A stretch of DNA of 64,000 nt, from contig CAYGDW010000003.1 of the NCBI GenBank assembly GCA_964348755.1, forward strand, positions 2,313 through 66,312. The letters are read 5' to 3'. The DNA comes from an uncultured Bacteroidales bacterium (GTDB lineage Bacteria > Bacteroidota > Bacteroidia > Bacteroidales > UBA7960). Below are positions 38,021-46,963 of this stretch, one piece after another (positions within the stretch are counted from its first letter, which is position 1; every line of letters starts with the position of its first letter). A model generated the notes under the pieces. The model worked only from the letters and a program-made list of their open reading frames with translations, did no database searches and was not told the origin of the DNA. Made by a program: the position numbers and the translations under genes.

Positions 38021-38024
38021 AAAA

Positions 38025-38639
38025 TCAAACCCTAAAAACCCTGTTCAGCACCAGCTCCTCCACGGCCTTTTTGCGGTTATTGAGCAGCCGGCCCAAGGCT
38101 TCTTCGCCGCCGGAGTAAAGAACCTGGCTGATGAGTGGCATGGCCAGGAAAGGGAAGAAGCAAACCGAGAACATATCAACCAGCAATTCGCGGGCATCAG
38201 TCGGATGCATTCGGCCAGCGGTTGCTTCCTCATTCATTTCCTGCTGTAAGGACTGAAGATCGGCCTGATATTTTTGAAGAATTGCATACATCAACTCGGG
38301 CTGCTGCTGTGCCTCCTGCAAAATAAAACCCGGCAGAAAGGGCTTGCGAAGCATTATCTGCAAAAAACGGTTGGTTAGCTGTTTAAAACGCTGATGCAAA
38401 CTGCCTGCTTCCTTCTCGAGCAAGACCCCTGCAATATTGGCAAAACCGGAAAGCGCATCCTCCATTATGCGTTTGAAAAGAATTTCCTTGCTCTCGAAAT
38501 AATAATGCAGCAGGGCCTTGTTTACCCCGGCATCATTTGCTATTTGCTGCATACGTGCGCCAGAGAAGCCAAGTAGCACAAAGTTGTTTTCGGCTGCTTC
38601 GAGTATGCGCTCACTGGCGTTTGGTGCTTCATTTGTCAT
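38025..38639 (-). CDS. TetR/AcrR family transcriptional regulator
   Basis: TetR HTH 'ILEAAENNFVLLGFSGARMQQIANDAGVNKALLHYYFESKEILF'. Confidence 0.85.
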   Translation of the reverse strand: MTNEAPNASERILEAAENNFVLLGFSGARMQQIANDAGVNKALLHYYFESKEILFKRIMEDALSGFANIAGVLLEKEAGSLHQRFKQLTNRFLQIMLRKPFLPGFILQEAQQQPELMYAILQKYQADLQSLQQEMNEEATAGRMHPTDARELLVDMFSVCFFPFLAMPLISQVLYSGGEEALGRLLNNRKKAVEELVLNRVFRV

Positions 38640-38897
38640 GTCCTACGATTTTAAAAATATGTAATTCGGCCACTTATAAAATATTCCACAATGCCTTTCA
38701 AAAAACAAGTATATCCATGCCGGCTTCGGGCTTTTTACATTTTTCGGCGAAAGCCATTAAACAAGCCCGAACTTCAAATTTAGCAGAAAATCAGTCGCTT
38801 TATAAAAAAAAATTTACCAACCAGTTAAAGAGATGAACAGGCCCACAAAACAAAAGGCTTTTTTTTGTTGTTATAGAAGCAGAAACGAGTTTACATA

Positions 38898-39497
38898 ATG
38901 CAAAAACCAGCAATAACAGACAAGGACATACACCCCCTGATAAAAAACCGGTGGAGTCCCCGCTCTTTCGATGTGCGCAGTGTAGAAACAGTCAAACTTC
39001 AGCGACTGTTTGAGGCAGCGCGCTGGGCGCCAAGCAGTTTCAACGAGCAGCCCTGGCGCTTTGTGGCTGGCATAAAGGGAGATGAAACCTGGCAAAAAAT
39101 ATTCGATAGCCTCAATGAGTGGAACCAGCAGTGGGCCGCCGAAGCTCCGGTGCTTGTTTTGACCATTGGCAGCACCCGCCACGCAAAAAACAATAAAGAG
39201 AACGCCATTTTTAAATACGATGTGGGCCAGGCCGTGGCCTGCCTTACTGTTCAGGCTTCGGCCGATGGCTTAGTGGTACACCAGATGGGCGGCTTTTCTA
39301 AACAAAAGGCAGTTGAACATTTCGATATACCTGAAGATTTTGTGCCTTTGACCGTATCGGCCATTGGCTACCAGGCTGCACCCGAAAAACTGCCTGCCGA
39401 TTTTGAAACGCTTGAGCGAAACCCACGGAGTCGCAAGCCCCTCGAAGAGTTTGTATTTTCAGGCCGCTTCGGGCAGCCCAGCACCCTGGCCAGCTAA
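38898..39497 (+). CDS. Nitroreductase family protein
   Basis: 'IKNRWSPRSF' and 'LFEAARWAPSSFNEQPWRF' are typical FMN-nitroreductase N-terminal motifs. Confidence 0.8.
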   Translation: MQKPAITDKDIHPLIKNRWSPRSFDVRSVETVKLQRLFEAARWAPSSFNEQPWRFVAGIKGDETWQKIFDSLNEWNQQWAAEAPVLVLTIGSTRHAKNNKENAIFKYDVGQAVACLTVQASADGLVVHQMGGFSKQKAVEHFDIPEDFVPLTVSAIGYQAAPEKLPADFETLERNPRSRKPLEEFVFSGRFGQPSTLAS

Positions 39498-39606
39498 GAG
39501 GCATAATTTTACAGCAATTTAGGCGTAATTTCACCGCATGTTCATCCTCGTTTTTTTGTAAATTTGGTACGCCCGATTTTGGGAAGGATGTATTTCAGCC
39601 CTGAAA

Positions 39607-40710
39607 ATGAAGTTCCGCCTGACTTTTGTTTGGTTTTTTACCGCAATGCTGCTGCCAGCCTGGCTCGTGGCACAGGCACCCAAATACAGCAACGAGTTTC
39701 TGAGCATTGGGGTTGGAGCCCGCGCACTGGGCCTGTCCAATGCTTATACAGCGCTGGCCAACGATGGCACAGCGGGCTTCTGGAATCCGGCAGGCCTTAC
39801 TCAGATTAAGTCTAACATGCAGCTATCGCTCATGCACACCCAGTATTTTGCAGGCGTGGCCCGATACGATTTTGGCTCACTGGCATTCCGCGCCGCTGGC
39901 GGCAGCCATTTTGCCTTTTCTTTTATTCGCTTTGGAGTTGACGACATACCCGATACCTCCGAACTGATCGATGCCGAAGGCAATATCAACTACGATCGCA
40001 TTCGCAGCTTTTCGGCCTCCGACAATGCGTTTCTTATCTCCTATGCAAGGCTTTTCCCCGGCATTGAAAACCTTAGCATTGGTGTAAATGCAAAGATTAT
40101 ACGCCGCAAGGCCGGCGCATTTGCCGGCGCCTGGGGTTTCGGGTTGGATGCCGGCGCACAATACCAGGTTAACAGTTGGCGTTTTGCCGCTATGGCCCGC
40201 GACATTACATCTACCTTCAATGCCTGGAGCTACAACTTCGACGACAAAATGCGCGAAGTATTAACCCTTACAGGCAACGAAATACCTGAGAGCAGCCTTG
40301 AAATAACCCTGCCCCGACTGATACTTGGGGTGGCAAGGCAGCTTGGCTTTGGCAAAGACTTTGGCCTGATTGCCTCGGTTGATATGGCCATAACTACCGA
40401 TGGTCGCCGTAATGTGCTTATCAAAGGCGACCCCTTTAGCCTCGACCCCAGCCTGGGTCTGGAATTTTCTTTTAAAGACATGGTGTTTTTCCGAACAGGC
40501 ATTGGTGGCTACCAGCGCTACACCCGCAACAACCAAATATACCGGGGCGGTATTCAGGCCAACTTGGGCGTAGGTATTAACATTGGACAACGACTTAGTA
40601 TTGATTATGCCCTTACCGATGTGGGCGACCAAAGCGTGGCGCTGTATTCGAATGTGTTTTCGCTTAGATTTAATATTGACCGCCGCGAGCGGCCTCAATA
40701 CGATGAATGA
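39607..40710 (+). CDS. PorV/PorQ-family outer-membrane beta-barrel protein
   Basis: Signal peptide, then 'FLSIGVGARALGLSNAYTALANDGTAGFWNPAGL', the signature N-terminal segment of the PorV/PorQ family. The remainder is Gly/aromatic-rich barrel. Confidence 0.7.
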   Translation: MKFRLTFVWFFTAMLLPAWLVAQAPKYSNEFLSIGVGARALGLSNAYTALANDGTAGFWNPAGLTQIKSNMQLSLMHTQYFAGVARYDFGSLAFRAAGGSHFAFSFIRFGVDDIPDTSELIDAEGNINYDRIRSFSASDNAFLISYARLFPGIENLSIGVNAKIIRRKAGAFAGAWGFGLDAGAQYQVNSWRFAAMARDITSTFNAWSYNFDDKMREVLTLTGNEIPESSLEITLPRLILGVARQLGFGKDFGLIASVDMAITTDGRRNVLIKGDPFSLDPSLGLEFSFKDMVFFRTGIGGYQRYTRNNQIYRGGIQANLGVGINIGQRLSIDYALTDVGDQSVALYSNVFSLRFNIDRRERPQYDE

Positions 40711-43700
40711 AGCACCCTTAAGCAATGGCGTGAAAAAGATTCTAATCAATTTCCTTTTTATTATTCCCTGCCTGCTGGCACTGGGGCAACCCCCTATTGG
40801 CAACGAGTGGGTCAACTATAACCAGCAGTATTATGCCATTAAAATTCACCAGCAGGGTCTTTATCGCATAAGTTTCGGCGCTCTGGCGGGGGCAGGGGTT
40901 CCGGCAGGCACCATCGACCCGCGCAACTTTCAGCTATTTTTCAGGGGTCAGGAACAGGCCGTGTTTGTCAGTAATGAAAACACTGGCCTTTTTCAGCCTG
41001 GCGATTACATTTTGTTTTATGCCGAACCAAACTCAGGCTGGCTCGATGAGGAGCTGTATAAGGGAGCCCAGTTTCACCCCAACCCCAACTACAGCCTGTT
41101 TACCGATACCGCCACCTATTACCTGACATGGAACAACCAAACAGGCAACCGGCGCTTTGTGGCCGAAACCGATGTAAATTTTGCAGGTTATACCCCTGCC
41201 CCATTCTTTTGGCATACAGCCCGGCAAGATTATGTAAGCACTTATTATTTTGGCGAGACCAACGATGCAGGAGTAACCGATCCTGAATACACACAGGCCC
41301 AAGGATGGTTTGATGATGCATTTTCTCTCGGACAAAGCCGCAGCCGCACTATTGCCACACCCAACCTTTTTCTGGCTGGCCCTCAGGCCCGTATCGAAAT
41401 GGCCTTAGCCGGAGCTTCCAATTTTGCGGGGCTTGCCCCCGATCATCATGTAAGAATACTGTTTGCTGGGCAGCAGATAGATACACTTTTTGATGGTTAC
41501 CAGCTTATCAGATTTACACGCTCTGCCGATGTTACCTCGCTCAATGCAGCCGGAACAACATTTACTTTTACTTCGGTAAACAGCCTTGGCAGTGGTGTTT
41601 CGCGCATTGCCCCTGCTTACATTCAGGTGCAATACCCCCACACCTGGAATATGCGCAACCTGCAACAACTAAGGTTTGAGCTTCCGGCCGCAGAAACCGG
41701 CAAAACCCTGGTAAGTTTTACCAATCTCAACGCTGCCCCCAGCGATACCGTATGGATTTTTGCCCTTGGCAACAATCGCCGCATTCCAGTGGTACGCGAA
41801 GGAAGTCAGTTTTTGGCTCTCATACCCGATGGGAACCTGTTGCGCTCATTGTTTGTTACTTCTTCGGGGCGCATAATGCCGGTTGATACTCTGATGCCTG
41901 TGAGCACCAACCCCTTACACTATGCACGTTTCCGAAACTTTGGCTCCGAACAATATTTGGGTTCTGACTACCTTATGATAACCCACCCCAGCCTGTGGCA
42001 GGCTGCTTCGCAATACATGAATTACCGCAATACCACCGGGCACAAAGTTTTGATGGCCGATGTGGAGGAACTGTATCATCAGTTTGCGTATGGCACTTTT
42101 AAGCATCCGCTGGCACTCCGTAACTTTGTACGCTTTATCATAGAGCGTAACCCCCAGGCACCACCTGTTTACCTGTTTTTGCTTGGCAAAGGCATTGATG
42201 TAAACTATACGCGCCATTACCCGGCCGAGTACGCCATGAGCCTTGTGCCATCCTTTGGCGACCCCAGCTCCGATGCGCTTATTACCGCCGGACTAGATGG
42301 GCATGGGTTTACTCCGGCCCTGGCTACCGGAAGGCTGGCTGCCCAAAACCCTGCTCAGGTATTGATTTACCTCAATAAGATTATTCAATACGAAACAGCC
42401 CAAAAGGAACCACAGGAATGGATGAAAAACATTTTACACTTTGGCGGAGGCTCAAGCCAATTGGAACAGGTGTTTTTGTACAACTACCTGAGGGTTTACA
42501 AAGAAAGCCTCGAAGCCCCACACTTTGGTGGATATGTGCGTACCTTCCTGAAAAGCTCAACAGCACCCATTCAAATAAACCAATCAGATTCACTCAGGCA
42601 ATTAATCAATAACGGAGTGTCGCTCATGACCTTTTTCGGCCATGCTACCGGCATAGGATTCGATATTAGCATTGATGAACCTTCTGAATATAATAACATT
42701 GGGCGATATCCGTTTGTTACAGCCAATTCGTGCTACACAGGCGACCTGTTCGGGCCTTATGAAAGCACCAGCGAAAGCTTCGTGCTTATCGAAAACAAAG
42801 GAGCAATAGGTTATTTGGGTTCAACAACCCTTTCGGGTATGTTTGAGTTGCATCAGTTTTCAACCCGGTTTTTCCAGAACCTGTCAGTAGGGTTTTACGG
42901 ACAGTCGGTGGGAAAAAATATGCAACAGACCATACGCGACCTGCAGTCGGGAGGCAGTCGGTTAAAGTTTATAAGCCTTTATTCAGCACTTCACGCCGAC
43001 CCAGCCCTGGTACTTAACAACTTTCCCAAGCCCGATTACCTGCTTACACCGGCTGCCATTTCGTTCATTCCAAAAGAGGTTACAGCCGAGCTTGACAGCT
43101 TTACGGTAAATGTTCTGATAACAAATATTGGCAAAGCAACCACCGATTCGATAATGGTTGAGCTGGTGCGCACCCTGCCCAATGCCGATTCGCAATCCTT
43201 CATCAAAAGAATGCCGGCGCCTTATTTCCGTTCTGCAATACAGTTCAGCCTTCCTGTTGACAGGGTAAACGGTATAGGCCTTAACCGTTTTGCGGTTATG
43301 ACGGACTCCTTTAATGAGGTTGATGAATTGAATGAAACCAATAATATGGCCTCAACCACCCTACAGATTAAGTCGGCCGACTTGCTTCCGGTTTACCCTC
43401 CGCGCTATGCCGTTGTGCCCCACGGACAGGTTTCGCTCAAGGCTTCGGCAGGTAACCCTTTTGGAGAGGCACTGAATTATGTGTTTGAAATTGACACCAA
43501 TGGGCGGTTTACAAGCCCAATACGGCAAATAATAATGCAGGGTAAGGGCATTATTGGCTGGATGCCACCCATTCAACTAACCGACAGCACCGTGTATTTC
43601 TGGAGGGTAAGCCCCGATTCTGTTTATTCGGGCAATTACAATTGGCGCAGCAGCTCATTTCAGCACATACGCGGCAGGCGAGGCTGGAGCCAGGCCCATT

Positions 43701-45697
43701 TCGACCAGTTTGGACTTAACAACTACCGTTTCGTTAACCACAATGAAACAGAACGCCTTTGGGATTTTGCCAATAACCGCATAGTGGTATCGGCACAAAC
43801 CGGGTTTTTCCCGTTTATGGAGTATTTTGAGAACTGGCTTAGGGTAAATGGTGTGCTAACAAGGGTTTGGTCGTGCCTGGGTACAGGTGGCAACGGAATG
43901 GTATTTTTTGTTTTCGATCCGGTAAGTGGCGAAAACTGGCAGAGCTTGTCGCAGGGCAATGGCCTGGGACAATTTGGCAACGTACATTGCACAGCGGCAA
44001 ACCGGCCTGGCTTTGACTTTTTAACCCATACCGAAGAGTGGCGCGAAAGGATAAGGATATTTTTGGAAAACATACCTGCCGGGCATTATGTAATGGCCTG
44101 GAGCCACCGAAACCACAATGCCCCATTTTTTTCGGAGGGCTTAAGGCAGGCCTTCGAAAGCTTAGGATGTGGGTTAATCAGGCAGGTACCCAATGGGTTG
44201 CCATACCTTATTTGGGGGCAAAAAGGGCGGGCGCCCGGAACGGCTAACGAGGCAATAGGGCTTACAACTACGTCTATTATAAAGCTTACCGATAGCCTTG
44301 AAACCAATTGGAACAGGGGATTCATTTTGTCGGAGCTTATAGGGCCGGCAAGCCGGTGGGAGTCGGCGCACTGGCGACAGGCAAGTCTCGAAAGCCCTTC
44401 GACCGACCAGGTAACTCTCGACATTTTTGGAACGAAACCCGGCGAAGAGCCGGTTATGCTTTTCAAGGCATTGCAGCCCAACAAAAAAGACATATACGGC
44501 CTTGCCGACAGTATAGATGCTACACGCTACCCTCTACTGCAACTCAGGGTAAATATGGTAGATGATGTGCACCGCACCCCTGCCCAAATGAAACGCTGGC
44601 AGGTGCTTTACCAAGGGATCCCAGAAGCGGCATTAGACCCACAAAAACAATTTGTTTTTGTGGCCGACACCCTGCAGGAGGGGCAAGAGTTGGTATTCAG
44701 CACGGCCATAACCAACATTAGCACCTACCACATGGACAGCCTGCTGGTGCGATACTGGGTAGTTGACCAAAACCGGCAGCCACATTACATACCCTATCCG
44801 CGGCAAGCCCCGCTGCTTGCCGCTCAAAGCCTTATTGACACGGTGCGCTTTGATACCCGGGGATTACAAGGCAACAACGTGTTGTGGATTGAGGTAAACC
44901 CCGCAAACGACCAGCCCGAGCAATACCACTTCAACAATATTGGCAACCTGCCATTCTTTGTGGAACGCGACAGGGCCAACCCCTTGCTCGATGTTACCTT
45001 CGACGGGGTGCGCATATTGGATGGCGAGGTGGTATCGGCAAAACCTAACATAAGAATAGCCCTAAACGACGAAAACCGCTACCTGTTGCTCAACGACACC
45101 TCTCACCTAAAGGTATTTTTGCAAACGCCCCTTCAGCAGGATCTGCAACGGGTCTTTTTTATAAGCGGGGGCCGCGAGCAGATGCGGTTTTTCCCGGCCA
45201 GCCCAACCGACAATACCTGCCTGGTAGAATTCAATCCGGAGTTAACAGCCGACGGCACCTACCGGCTGCAAATACAGGCTACTGACAGGTCTCTTAATGA
45301 ATCGGGCCGCGAAGACTATACTATAAGTTTTGAAGTGATAAACCGCAGCACTATTACCGAGGTGCTTACCTGGCCCAACCCGTTCAGCACGGCCACGCAT
45401 TTTGTATTTACCCTTACCGGATCGGAGCTTCCTACCTTTTTCCAGATACAAATATTGACCATAACCGGCAAAGTGGTGCGCGAAATTGACATGAGCGAGC
45501 TGGGGCCAATGCGCATTGGGCGAAACATTACTCGCTATGCTTGGGATGGCACCGACCAATTTGGAGACCGCCTCGCCAACGGGGTTTATTTATACCGGAT
45601 AATAACAAACATAAATGGAGAAAGCATTGAACTGAATCCAACGGCTGCAAGCCGCTTCTTTCACCGCGAAATGGGGAAAATGTACCTGATAAGATAA
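40703..45697 (+). CDS. C25-family (gingipain/PorU-like) cysteine peptidase, 1,664 aa, with CARDB-like domains and a T9SS-type C-terminal domain
   Basis: The N terminus 'EWVNYNQQYYAIKIHQQGLYRISFGAL' resembles PorU. The C25 region begins at 'DYLMITHPSLW...'. The candidate catalytic His is in 'FFGHATG' (42641-42643) and the Cys in 'TANSCYTGD' (42731-42733). CARDB-like motifs include 'NEVDELNETNN'. The C terminus is 'WPNPFSTATHFVF...NGVYLYRI'. I take ATG 40703 as the start, which overlaps the upstream stop as ATGAATGA. Confidence 0.75.
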   Translation: MNEAPLSNGVKKILINFLFIIPCLLALGQPPIGNEWVNYNQQYYAIKIHQQGLYRISFGALAGAGVPAGTIDPRNFQLFFRGQEQAVFVSNENTGLFQPGDYILFYAEPNSGWLDEELYKGAQFHPNPNYSLFTDTATYYLTWNNQTGNRRFVAETDVNFAGYTPAPFFWHTARQDYVSTYYFGETNDAGVTDPEYTQAQGWFDDAFSLGQSRSRTIATPNLFLAGPQARIEMALAGASNFAGLAPDHHVRILFAGQQIDTLFDGYQLIRFTRSADVTSLNAAGTTFTFTSVNSLGSGVSRIAPAYIQVQYPHTWNMRNLQQLRFELPAAETGKTLVSFTNLNAAPSDTVWIFALGNNRRIPVVREGSQFLALIPDGNLLRSLFVTSSGRIMPVDTLMPVSTNPLHYARFRNFGSEQYLGSDYLMITHPSLWQAASQYMNYRNTTGHKVLMADVEELYHQFAYGTFKHPLALRNFVRFIIERNPQAPPVYLFLLGKGIDVNYTRHYPAEYAMSLVPSFGDPSSDALITAGLDGHGFTPALATGRLAAQNPAQVLIYLNKIIQYETAQKEPQEWMKNILHFGGGSSQLEQVFLYNYLRVYKESLEAPHFGGYVRTFLKSSTAPIQINQSDSLRQLINNGVSLMTFFGHATGIGFDISIDEPSEYNNIGRYPFVTANSCYTGDLFGPYESTSESFVLIENKGAIGYLGSTTLSGMFELHQFSTRFFQNLSVGFYGQSVGKNMQQTIRDLQSGGSRLKFISLYSALHADPALVLNNFPKPDYLLTPAAISFIPKEVTAELDSFTVNVLITNIGKATTDSIMVELVRTLPNADSQSFIKRMPAPYFRSAIQFSLPVDRVNGIGLNRFAVMTDSFNEVDELNETNNMASTTLQIKSADLLPVYPPRYAVVPHGQVSLKASAGNPFGEALNYVFEIDTNGRFTSPIRQIIMQGKGIIGWMPPIQLTDSTVYFWRVSPDSVYSGNYNWRSSSFQHIRGRRGWSQAHFDQFGLNNYRFVNHNETERLWDFANNRIVVSAQTGFFPFMEYFENWLRVNGVLTRVWSCLGTGGNGMVFFVFDPVSGENWQSLSQGNGLGQFGNVHCTAANRPGFDFLTHTEEWRERIRIFLENIPAGHYVMAWSHRNHNAPFFSEGLRQAFESLGCGLIRQVPNGLPYLIWGQKGRAPGTANEAIGLTTTSIIKLTDSLETNWNRGFILSELIGPASRWESAHWRQASLESPSTDQVTLDIFGTKPGEEPVMLFKALQPNKKDIYGLADSIDATRYPLLQLRVNMVDDVHRTPAQMKRWQVLYQGIPEAALDPQKQFVFVADTLQEGQELVFSTAITNISTYHMDSLLVRYWVVDQNRQPHYIPYPRQAPLLAAQSLIDTVRFDTRGLQGNNVLWIEVNPANDQPEQYHFNNIGNLPFFVERDRANPLLDVTFDGVRILDGEVVSAKPNIRIALNDENRYLLLNDTSHLKVFLQTPLQQDLQRVFFISGGREQMRFFPASPTDNTCLVEFNPELTADGTYRLQIQATDRSLNESGREDYTISFEVINRSTITEVLTWPNPFSTATHFVFTLTGSELPTFFQIQILTITGKVVREIDMSELGPMRIGRNITRYAWDGTDQFGDRLANGVYLYRIITNINGESIELNPTAASRFFHREMGKMYLIR

Positions 45698-45711
45698 ACA
45701 CCGGCACACAC

Positions 45712-46119
45712 ATGATTAACTACCCGCCCAAAATACTGATTGCCCTGGCAGAAGCCATTGATGAAAACACAGAAATAATGTATTGGCTTATGAAAAACGG
45801 CTTCCCCGAGCTGGCTGCCATGGCCAATGCCATTCATCTTAACCGCGAAGCTTTTGAATGGCTAATGAAAAACGGATTTCCGCATTTTGCGGCCATGACC
45901 AAAGCCGTTTGGGGCGACAAAAACGCATTTTTCTGGTTGAAACAAAACGATTTTAACCTGATGGTAAAACTTTCTGCAGCCTCAATGGGCGACCACCATT
46001 CGCTCGAATGGTTCAAAGAGCAGCGACTCGAAATATTTATACTTATTGCCAAAAAAACCGAAGCGGTAATCAAGCGCAAGAAACACGAACTAGGCGATTA
46101 CCATAAGTTGCATTTTTAA
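45712..46119 (+). CDS. Small hypothetical protein made of about four 25-aa tandem repeats
   Basis: Repeats 'YWLMKNGFPELAAMANAI', 'EWLMKNGFPHFAAMTKAV', 'FWLKQNDFNLMVKLSAAS' and 'EWFKEQRLEIF'. It starts 15 nt after the C25 gene stop and has no signal peptide. Confidence 0.5.
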   Translation: MINYPPKILIALAEAIDENTEIMYWLMKNGFPELAAMANAIHLNREAFEWLMKNGFPHFAAMTKAVWGDKNAFFWLKQNDFNLMVKLSAASMGDHHSLEWFKEQRLEIFILIAKKTEAVIKRKKHELGDYHKLHF

Positions 46120-46191
46120 GCAAGAAATGGTCCGAAAAGCATAAGACTGCTTAGAAAAGACCAAAATCAAAAAGGGCACGAAAGCCCGTCT

Positions 46192-46842
46192 TTACCCTAA
46201 ATATTCCATCATTTCCTTTATAATATTCTCAGCTCCCTGGCCTATTTGAACTATATCGGCATCGAGCATATAGCATGGGGTGGTAAATAGTTTATTATCG
46301 AAGTCAGCAACTATTTCTCCATGGTCAGTTTTTTGGTGCGAGGCGCCCAGTTTTTCCAGGGCTATGGCAGTACCCTGGTCCTGTCCTATGGTCAGTTGGC
46401 CCTTGCCCAGTATTTTGGCAAGCAGCACAGGAGCAATACACAAGGCGCCAATGGGTTTGCCTGCCTGGTACATGCCTTTTACGGCGTTGGCCACATCGGC
46501 ATTGACCTGGCAGTCGGGCCCATCGAAGGCAAAAGTACTCAGGTTTTTGGCGGCCCCAAAGCCTCCGGGGAGCAGCAGGGCATCGAATAAATGTGGGTTG
46601 AACAGGTTCAGCGGCTTTATTTTTCCACGGGCAATGCGTGCCGACTCAACCAACACATTGCGCTTTTCGGGCATCTCTTCGCCCGAAAGATGGTTTACAA
46701 CATGGTGCTGCATAACGTCGGGAGCAAACACCTCATAATCGGCGCCCTGCTTTTTTATGGCATACAGGCTAAGGGTGGCCTCATGTATCTCGGCTCCATC
46801 ATACACTCCACAACCCGAAAGTACTACTGCAAATTTTTTCAT
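46192..46842 (-). CDS. elbB: DJ-1/PfpI-superfamily glyoxalase ElbB
   Basis: 'KFAVVLSGCGVYDGAEIHEA', 'LLLPGGFGAAKNL' and 'PIGALCIAP' match the ElbB pattern. Confidence 0.8.
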   Translation of the reverse strand: MKKFAVVLSGCGVYDGAEIHEATLSLYAIKKQGADYEVFAPDVMQHHVVNHLSGEEMPEKRNVLVESARIARGKIKPLNLFNPHLFDALLLPGGFGAAKNLSTFAFDGPDCQVNADVANAVKGMYQAGKPIGALCIAPVLLAKILGKGQLTIGQDQGTAIALEKLGASHQKTDHGEIVADFDNKLFTTPCYMLDADIVQIGQGAENIIKEMMEYLG

Positions 46843-46963
46843 AGATATTATTGATTAGGTTAAAATTTTCGGGAAAACAAAAATCGGGAAAATACCTCAA
46901 AGGTCAAAATGTTGGTAAGGAGTATCGGGTAGCATTAGATGATTATTTGCATTACTTTGATAA

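Noticed and set aside
40261-40815. 184-aa ORF antisense to the PorV-like gene, and the 40583 start of the 1,704-aa ORF
   Set aside because: The antisense ORF has no features. The 40583 start would overlap the PorV-like gene by 128 nt, whereas ATG 40703 is followed by a signal-like hydrophobic segment ('ILINFLFIIPCLLALG') beginning ~13 residues in and gives a typical 8-nt overlap.
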